The notes below the pieces were generated by a model. The model was not told the origin of the DNA. It worked only from the letters and a program-made list of their open reading frames with translations, and did no database searches. A DNA stretch of 64,000 nucleotides from assembly GCF_009914755.1 (NCBI RefSeq), contig NC_060931.1. One strand, written 5' to 3'. Origin of the DNA: the human T2T-CHM13v2.0 reference genome, Homo sapiens. The translations under genes were made by a program, and so were the position numbers. Positions 55,542 through 64,000 of the stretch are shown piece by piece; within the stretch, counting starts at the first letter, position 1; every line of letters starts with the position of its first letter.

Positions 55542-56018
55542 GTGATTACTTACATTCTTAACAAGCATATTTTATCAAAAACAACACAGCTGGAGTTTCC
55601 CTGCCCCCCAAAACAATGACACTATAAACTTGAAGTTATAATTGTCAGGGGCCAGTGTTGGCTGAATCTTGGTGGCTGTTTGTGGAGAAAAGGCCACATG
55701 GCACCAACCTCTCCTGACTCAACTTCTCCTGACTTACCAGCCCTCAGGGCACATACTCTAGACCAAATTCCTGCAGCTGCACAACCTAAGACAGCCACAA
55801 ACCCAGCACCAAACACATTTCTTTTCCCTCAATTAAACCCAATTCAGGGTTTGCGTGCTGAGGACAGCATCTGCCTTTGTCTGGCTCTTCAGCTCAGAAC
55901 CACCCTGAGTCATAGCCAGCATTTCACTGGATTTCAATTGCAAAGCAAATGCAAACTGGTGGGAGGGGCTGGAGGTGGAGGACACTGAACCGAGATCTTG
56001 AACTTCCATGAATCATGA

Positions 56019-56509
56019 TGTTACAGAATTTTTTTTAAGGAATCAGAGAGACCAGTGGGGTTCAGGAGGATATTTATTATTTAGGTGCACCGGCTCAGTC
56101 AGATTAACATCCAAAGGACTGAGCCTTGAAGAAAGAGTTGTTACCTTTTAAGCATTTCGTAGGGTGGAGGGAGATCCGTGCAGGGGAAAGTATACTACAG
56201 AAGCGAGAAGCAAAGACAGTTTTTCAATTAATTGAGACATGCATTACATCATTTCTTACTTTTCAAGGAAAAACATGTTTTATGACTTGAGTTTATCTGT
56301 CTAGTGACCTTGCAGCTGCATAGCTAGGGAAATAGGGTCTTCACAATGCCTGGGAAAAGAGGAGAGATAAAGCTTACTAGCCACAGAAAAATAGGCAGTT
56401 AATTTTTAAAGGACTCCAGCTCTTTTTCTTTCTCGGGGGAATTGGGTTTTCTTACATACAGCTGAGTTTCTGCTTACACACTCTTTAATTTCTTTTAATT
56501 CCTGTTTCA
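56019..56509 (-). mobile_element. LTR15-type ERV1 solo LTR, apparently full length (491 bp)
   Basis: TG...CA termini, 4-bp TSD atga (56015-56018 / 56510-56513), minus-strand AATAAA at 56073-56078; start TGAAACAGGAATTAAAAGAAATTAAAG matches LTR15. Confidence 0.85.
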
Positions 56510-56870
56510 ATGAGAGCACAAATTAACTGCCTACAGCCACAAGGAGCCTTGCTGGAAGATTTTCTGAGGGACAGTTGTGACATGCTGGGGTGGGAAAGTA
56601 CTAAGTAGGTCTGCATTCTTCTGAACATAAACAGAGTGAAATTCATTTCAGAAAAGGAAATATGATACAGAGAACCCCAGGGAAACAGAATAGAAAAAAA
56701 AAATCCTAATTCAGTAAAAGGAGCACCAAACTACCCCTGACCCCATCTCTCTTAATCACACTCAAAGGCTTTCCTTGACGGTTTTCTCTTTGGAATCCAG
56801 ATGTAGAGGAGGGAGAAAAGTAGCTTTCACCCCAAAAAGATTAATTTATATAATTCATATTATATCCAGT

Positions 56871-57006
56871 TTATTGATACCCAGCCCTGAAGTATACTTC
56901 AGGGTGGTGAGCAATGCATTGGTGCTGGTGTGATCTGGCCGAACTGCTGGACAACCAGGCTGATGGATCAATGCTCTTCTCCCACAAATACAAAAAGCAC
57001 CGCTCA
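56871..57006 (-). CDS. Candidate terminal exon C (ERCFLYLWEKSIDP...RAGYQ*), stop inside AATAAA
   Basis: Acceptor cttttccccttacag|T; in frame after exon B; TAA 56871-56873 lies within AATAAA (56870-56875 on minus). Confidence 0.4.
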
Positions 57007-57638
57007 CTGTAAGGGGAAAAGTGACTCTCGTACAGCACTAGGAAGAGAGCTGTCCTAAAAACCAGACTCCTTGGTGCCAATCCCAACACCACTTCTTTCC
57101 AGCCAGGTGACTCCAGCCAAATAACTACCTTCCTAAGCTGGATTCCCCTACCAAAAGGGGAACCAGACACAGTGACTCACACTTGTAATCCCTGCACTTG
57201 GGGAGGCCAAGGCGGGAGGATGGCTTGAGCCCAAGACTTGAAGACCAGCCTGGGCAACATAGTGAGACCCCATCTCTGCAAAAAATAAAAAAATTAGCCA
57301 GGCAATATGGCATGAGTCTGTAGCCCCAGCTACTCTGGAGGTTGAGGTGGGAAGATCCTTGAGCCTGGGAGGTCAAGGCTTCAGAGAGCTGAGCTGTGAT
57401 CACGCCACTGCACTCCAGCCTGGGCGACAAAGTTAGATGCCCCTCCAAAAAAAAAAGCGGGGCATTGGGAGGCAGGTGTTCATAATACCTACCAATCCAA
57501 CATACAGGAAAACCAGATAATGTGAAAGTGGCTTGGAATTGGTTCACTGTAAACAACTATAAAATGATTAAACACTGTTTTACAAATATGTGGAGTCAGT
57601 AACTTCTGGTCTTAGAAATAATATTTAGAAATAATTCA

Positions 57639-57945
<307 letters not shown>

Positions 57946-58364
57946 TTACAGATTTTTACCAAAACCCAATAGCCCTTTGGAACATCGGAAGAATCGTGTA
58001 TTTAATGAGTTACCAAGTCAGGAAACAAGACAAAGTCTTGGCTACCCCACCAGCCAAGCACCCTAGACCACTGTCACATTACCACACTGCCTGCAGCTTC
58101 CTGCTTCCTGGGGCCAAACTGCTTGGCAGCCAGCTATTGCTTCCTGAAGAATTTAGATATTTACATCCACTCATAACTCTCCCCCTCCCTGTCACTCTGC
58201 TTAGTGGGTACTGAGTACGTACCTGCTCTGGTTCCACACCACTGCATTTAGACCCCAGAGGCTCTTTCCCTGAACAAACTCAAAGCCCTCATCAATGTCC
58301 TCCAGCGTTCTAGATCTCTCTGCAGCCTCCAATTTCCCTCTTCCTCCAATGCCCAAATCCTCAC

Positions 58365-58494
58365 CTTCCAGGACTCCAACTTCCAGGACTCATTCCTCTC
58401 TGGTTGTCACTCTGATTCTTAATCACGGCTATCAACCCATTGCAGGTGAAATCACCTGGGGGACTTTTAAAAATACCAATGCCTGGGTGCCTTC
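58365..58494 (-). CDS. Candidate exon B (130 nt, RRHPGIGIFKSPPGDFTCNGLIAVIKNQSDNQRGMSPGSWSPG), partly MER5-derived
   Basis: Acceptor tttgattgctctag|G, donor AAG|GTGAGG; phase 1/2 continues exon A without a stop. Confidence 0.55.
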
Positions 58495-58597
58495 CTAGAG
58501 CAATCAAATCAGAAACTCTGGGGCTAGGTCTGGAGTGCCAATCTAGGTATTTTACAGCTCCCCGGTGATTCTAATGTGCAACTGTGTTGATAGCCAT
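58410..58597. mobile_element. MER5-type hAT DNA transposon relic
   Basis: aatcacctgggggacttttaaaaatac...aaatcagaa.ctctgggg...agctccccggtgattctaatgtgca matches the MER5A/B pattern. Confidence 0.75.
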
Positions 58598-58954
58598 GCC
58601 TTCGTTTTGTTACAGAAGAGTTTCTCAACGGGAGAGCCACTGGCATTCGGGGGAATTCTTCCTTGTGCAAGGAAGCACTGCAGCCTGTCACTAACACACC
58701 CCAGTCATAGCAGTAGCCAAAAATACATTAAACATCTCCACATGCCCTTAGCTGAGAATCTCATCAACTCTTCTTCCTTTCATGCGCTTCTTAAGAGTCA
58801 AAGCATACATACCCCATGGCTCTTCAGGTTTTTGGTTGCTTTTTTGAGACAGGGTCTTGCTCTGTCACCCAAGCTGGACAATGGTAAGATCTCAGCTCAC
58901 TGAAGCTTTGACCTTCTGGGTTCAAGCAATCCTCCACCTCAGCCTCCCAAGTAG

Positions 58955-59734
<780 letters not shown>

Positions 59735-59751
59735 TAGCCAGGATGGTCTCA

Positions 59752-59841
<90 letters not shown>

Positions 59842-60801
59842 TCAGCGCCAAATGCAGGGAAGTCCTAGGCAAACACAGATGATTGGTCATCCTAGATTTT
59901 CTTGTAGTGTCTTCCCTAAGAGATAAAAATTTTTTTTTTCTGTTTCCCTCATGCCTTTTCTGGGATCTAGGCCTTCCCAGCCCAGCCTTCCTCCATTTAG
60001 GGATATACTAGGAAAAGCCTGGAGGAAGTTGCTGATGCAAGCCGGATCACCTGAGTTCCTCCCTGGGAATTTGCAACTGGAACTAGATGCCCGTCTCAGG
60101 TTGCCTTGTGCTCCAAAAGAGTTTTTTTGTTGTTGTTTGTTTGTTTTTGTTTTTTTGAGATGGAGTCTTGCTCTGTCACCCAGGCTGGAGTACAGTGGTG
60201 AGATCTCGACTCACCGCAGCCTCCGCCTCCCAGGTTCAAGTGATTCTCTGCCTCAGCCTCCTGAGTAGCTGGGATAACAGGTGTCTGCAACCACGCCCAG
60301 CTAATTTTTGTATTTTTAGTAGAGATGGGGTTTCACCATGTTGGCCACGCTGGTCTCAAACTCGTGGCCTCAAGTGAGCCGCCCGCTTTGGCCGCCCAAA
60401 ATGCTAGGATTACAGGTGTAAGCCACCATACCCGGCCCCAAAAGAGATTTCAACTTAGGAATTGTCTGTGGTCATTTTCTACCGTGAAGACTTTTGCAGG
60501 GATGTGGAGGTGAATGGTCAGTGGAAGACAGCTTGTCTGCAACAAGAGAGGAAACGCACATGCAGAGCAGAGGTGAGATGGAAACTTTCCCCAATTTCCC
60601 GCAGTGGTCTGGGCCAGGGATTCTCAGATGTGAGCCTCCATCACCAGCACCTGGAGAGTTTGTCAAAACACAGATTGCTAAACTGGGCACGCTGGCTCAC
60701 CCCTGTAATCCCAGCGTTTTAGGAGGCCAAGGTGGGTGGATCACCTGAGGTCAGGAGTTTGAGACCAGCCTGGCCAACATGGCAAAATCCCGTCTCTACT
60801 A

Positions 60802-61023
<222 letters not shown>

Positions 61024-61292
61024 CTAGAGTTTCTGAGTCACGAGGCCTGGGGTGTGGCCCAAGGATCTGCTTTTCTAAGGAATTCCCAGGTGGTACCGAC
61101 ACTACAGGTTAGGGGCTTGACTAATGGTGAGGACCCCTGCTCTGGGCCAGAGGGCTGAACCAGAGAGCTTAGTTCAGCATCCTCCCCAGAGTCCCCACCC
61201 AGCCTGTGAGCATCCAGCAGGCCCAGTCCCTGTCTTTGGGTTACATGAGTCTGTATCTTTCTAACAAATTCTCCCTTTTTTCCCCTAAACAG

Positions 61293-61350
61293 CTTAATTG
61301 TGATATAATTCACACACCATACTTAATTGTGATATAATTCACACACCATA
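61293..61350. repeat. Perfect 29-bp tandem duplication (cttaattgtgatataattcacacaccata x2) in an L1 3' end
   Basis: Direct reading. Confidence 0.95.
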
Positions 61351-61688
61351 CAATTCACCCACTTAAAGTATTACAACTCAGTGGTTTCTAGTATATTCAC
61401 AGAAATGTGCAACCATCACCACAGTCCATTTAAAAAGGAAGGAAATGTTGACACATGCAACAATACGGATGAACCGAGGACATTATACTAGTGAAATAAA
61501 CCAGTCGGAAAAAGACAAATATTATTTGGTTCCACTCATAGGAGGTAACTAGAATAGTCAGATTCACAAAAACAAAGTAGAATGGCAGTTGCCAGGGGCC
61601 GAGGGGAGGGGAAAATGGAGAGTTGATTTGTACAGAGTTTCAGTTTTGCAAGATGAGGGAGTTCTGAGGACTGGCTGCACAGCGATGT

Positions 61689-62275
61689 TGTAACCACATT
61701 ACACCAATCTGGTTCAACTTCTATGTAGCAAAGTTGTGAGTTGTTTTTCAGTGGTCATGGCCCTGCAGGTTGGAGGGGGCAATGCCCGGATGAACATCGT
61801 GTGCAACCATGAATGGGAACTAAGTGCTCGGACCAAGGAACCAGGCTGAATTAAGAAGCAAACACCAGGCTGGGCGCTGGTGGTGTACGCCAGTAACCCC
61901 AGCACTCTGGGAGACCGAGGCAGAAGGATTACTTGAGCCCAGGAGTTCGAGACCAGCCTGGGCAACATGGTGAGATCCCATCTCTAAAATAAAAAATAAA
62001 AATAAAAATAAAAGCAGACACCATGGCAGGACCCATGATCCAATCAGATTGAGCTCTGGGGTGACCCTATGGCAGGATCTAGTCAGATCACTCCTCATTA
62101 CCCTATGCTAATTAAAATCCAACCCAGCCTCCAGCTCCAGGAGACAGATTTGAACATTTCTTCCTGTCTCTTTGTCTGTCAACTCACAAACCTTTCTCAC
62201 TGCAAAAACTGTGTGTTTTGGTGTTTGGCTTTCTGTTGCATGCTGGCAAATGGACCCAGTTTTGGTTTGCTGACA
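61689..62275 (+). mobile_element. MER66-like ERV1 LTR inserted in an L1 3' end, carrying an Alu monomer
   Basis: TG...CA termini, flanks atgt/atgc, ctggttcaactt..atgta.caaagttgtgagttgtttttcag motif; L1 sequence resumes after it. Confidence 0.7.
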
Positions 62276-63262
62276 ATGCGAATATACTTAACACTGAACT
62301 GTACATTTAGAAATTGTGAAGATAGTGAATTTTATATTATACCTTTTTTTATTTTGCCACAATAAAAAGTAATTTTCTCTGTCTTTTTTTTTTTAAAGAC
62401 ATATGGCCTCTGTCACCCAGGCTGGAGTGCAGTGGTGTAGTCATAGCTCACAGCAGCCTTGAACACCTGGGCTGAAGCCATCCTCCCACCTCAGCTTGCC
62501 AAGTAGCTGGGATTACAGGCATGAGCCACTGTGCCTGGCAAAAGTTATTTAAAAACTTTTTTAATGTCTTTTAAAAGGAGACTTTCTGATGTGGTCAAAG
62601 GAAGCAGTTGGTATCCAGATTCAGCTGAACTTAATACACTTCCTTGGTTTAATTTATGGAAATATTTATATAGTTCCCATTTAATTATCCTCCAAGGACA
62701 TGTCTGCTCAGAGGATCATCCTAGTTCTCTGGCCAACAATAAACAGGAACTGAGACAGAGTGATGGACGATATGACTCTTAGTGTTTCTGTCATGGCACA
62801 TTGGCCTTTATGGGTCATTGCCCATGTGTTCCAGGATTTAGGATGAATTTTAATATGTCACTCTGCGTGGGCTACGGATTGGGTTTTATTAGGGAAAGTG
62901 AAATCTTACAAGGCTGGGTCAACAAGCAAAGGGGAAGCAGGAGTCTCCCATTCTATTCTCCGTCCCATAGAGAAGTATGTGAAGGTCAGGGTCTCAGCTG
63001 GATCTGCAGGATAGGTCCATGTTCTGCTGTATTAGTTAGGGAATAAATGTAAGAAACCAGTCTGTGAGTAGGGAACACATGAGTGGTTTGGGTGCTGGGC
63101 AGCTTGGATGTAGGGTGCCAGGGGTTCAGAGGAGATGGGAGGAATTCCTGCTTCCCAGTATTTGGAGACCTTGGGCCTGTGGGAAGGTGCAGTCACCCTG
63201 TGTGAGGAGGGAGTCTGCCCATGCTGTGGAGGCTGAGCTCCTTCCACCAGGAATAGGCTTAC

Positions 63263-63348
63263 TTGCAGTTCCAGCTGGCTGGCCCAGGTAACCTTGAATG
63301 AGCTTCCAGAGCAGCTTCCAGGCAATTCTGCTCATTTCACCACAGTTT
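63263..63348 (-). CDS. Candidate exon A of an upstream spliced transcript (ATG 63335, MSRIAWKLLWKLIQGYLGQPAGTA)
   Basis: T-rich acceptor tttatttatttttgaattcag|A, donor CAA|GTAAGC; open frame; prediction only. Confidence 0.55.
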
Positions 63349-64000
63349 CTGAATTCAAAAATAAATAAAAAACACATTTGTCCTATTTGGTGTTCTTTGT
63401 TTTCTATGACTCTGCTGCTTTCCTCTTGAAGAATCACTAATTTGCCTACTATAACTGCCTATGTGTGGTCTCCTTTTCAAAAGGCAGCTCTAGGATTGCT
63501 TGAGCCTGGGAGGTCCAGGCTGCAGTGAGCTGTGATTGCGCCACTGCACTCCAGCCTGGATAACAGAGCAAGACCCTGTGTCAATAAATAAATAGTTAAG
63601 TAAAAAGCAGTTCTTATGAGGGATATGAACAGGCTCCTAAAGAAACACAAAAGACTAATAGATACATGAAAAGATGTTAAGCCTCACCAGTAGTCAATGA
63701 AAATGCAAGTAAAGAGCAAAATGGCAGCACTTTTCAATTATATTGGAAACAGTTTGCATATTGAAAAAGATTTGTCTATGTTATCAAGGTTGTGCGGGAA
63801 AGGGTGTCATCTTGGAGTGCTGAGGGGAATTCTAGCAATCTATGCCAAAATTTTGAATATCTGTAACCTCTGACCCTCAAAACTACATTCCTAGGAATTT
63901 ATTCCAACTAGGTAATCTGACAAGTGAGCAATGATAGATGTACAAGATTATTTGACAATGTATTGCCCACATAAGTGAAAAATGGAAACACTATGTACAC

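Overview
Human-type (primate) genomic DNA, very rich in Alu and L1. I recognise it as the 5' part and upstream region of TNPO3 (transportin-3, chr7q32.1). TNPO3 is on the minus strand with coding exons 1-4 at 43521-43640, 6836-7036, 5862-5935 and 3857-4013 (aa 1-184, all GT-AG) and a 36.5-kb intron 1; the gene continues past the left edge. Its CpG-island promoter sits head-to-head with the processed pseudogene TPI1P2. Three more retrocopies are present: an ODC1 pseudogene (ODCP) nested in an L1 in intron 1 and itself carrying an AluY, a 3'-truncated tailless SEC61A1 copy, and a U13 snoRNA copy. There are also several solo LTRs and DNA-transposon relics. Best leads: (1) a hidden minus-strand chain of three exons upstream of TNPO3 (63263-63348, 58365-58494, 56871-57006) that splices in frame into a 112-aa ORF whose stop lies in an AATAAA, and whose middle exon could also join TNPO3 exon 4 in frame; (2) TNPO3 exons 2-4 form a 432-nt, phase-symmetric, stop-free circle flanked by inverted Alus; (3) a templated-insertion scar inside an L1. 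Repeat family names and parent-gene comparisons are from memory of consensus and mRNA sequences, and repeat boundaries are approximate unless TSDs are given. Most ORFs in the supplied track are Alu/L1 artefacts.
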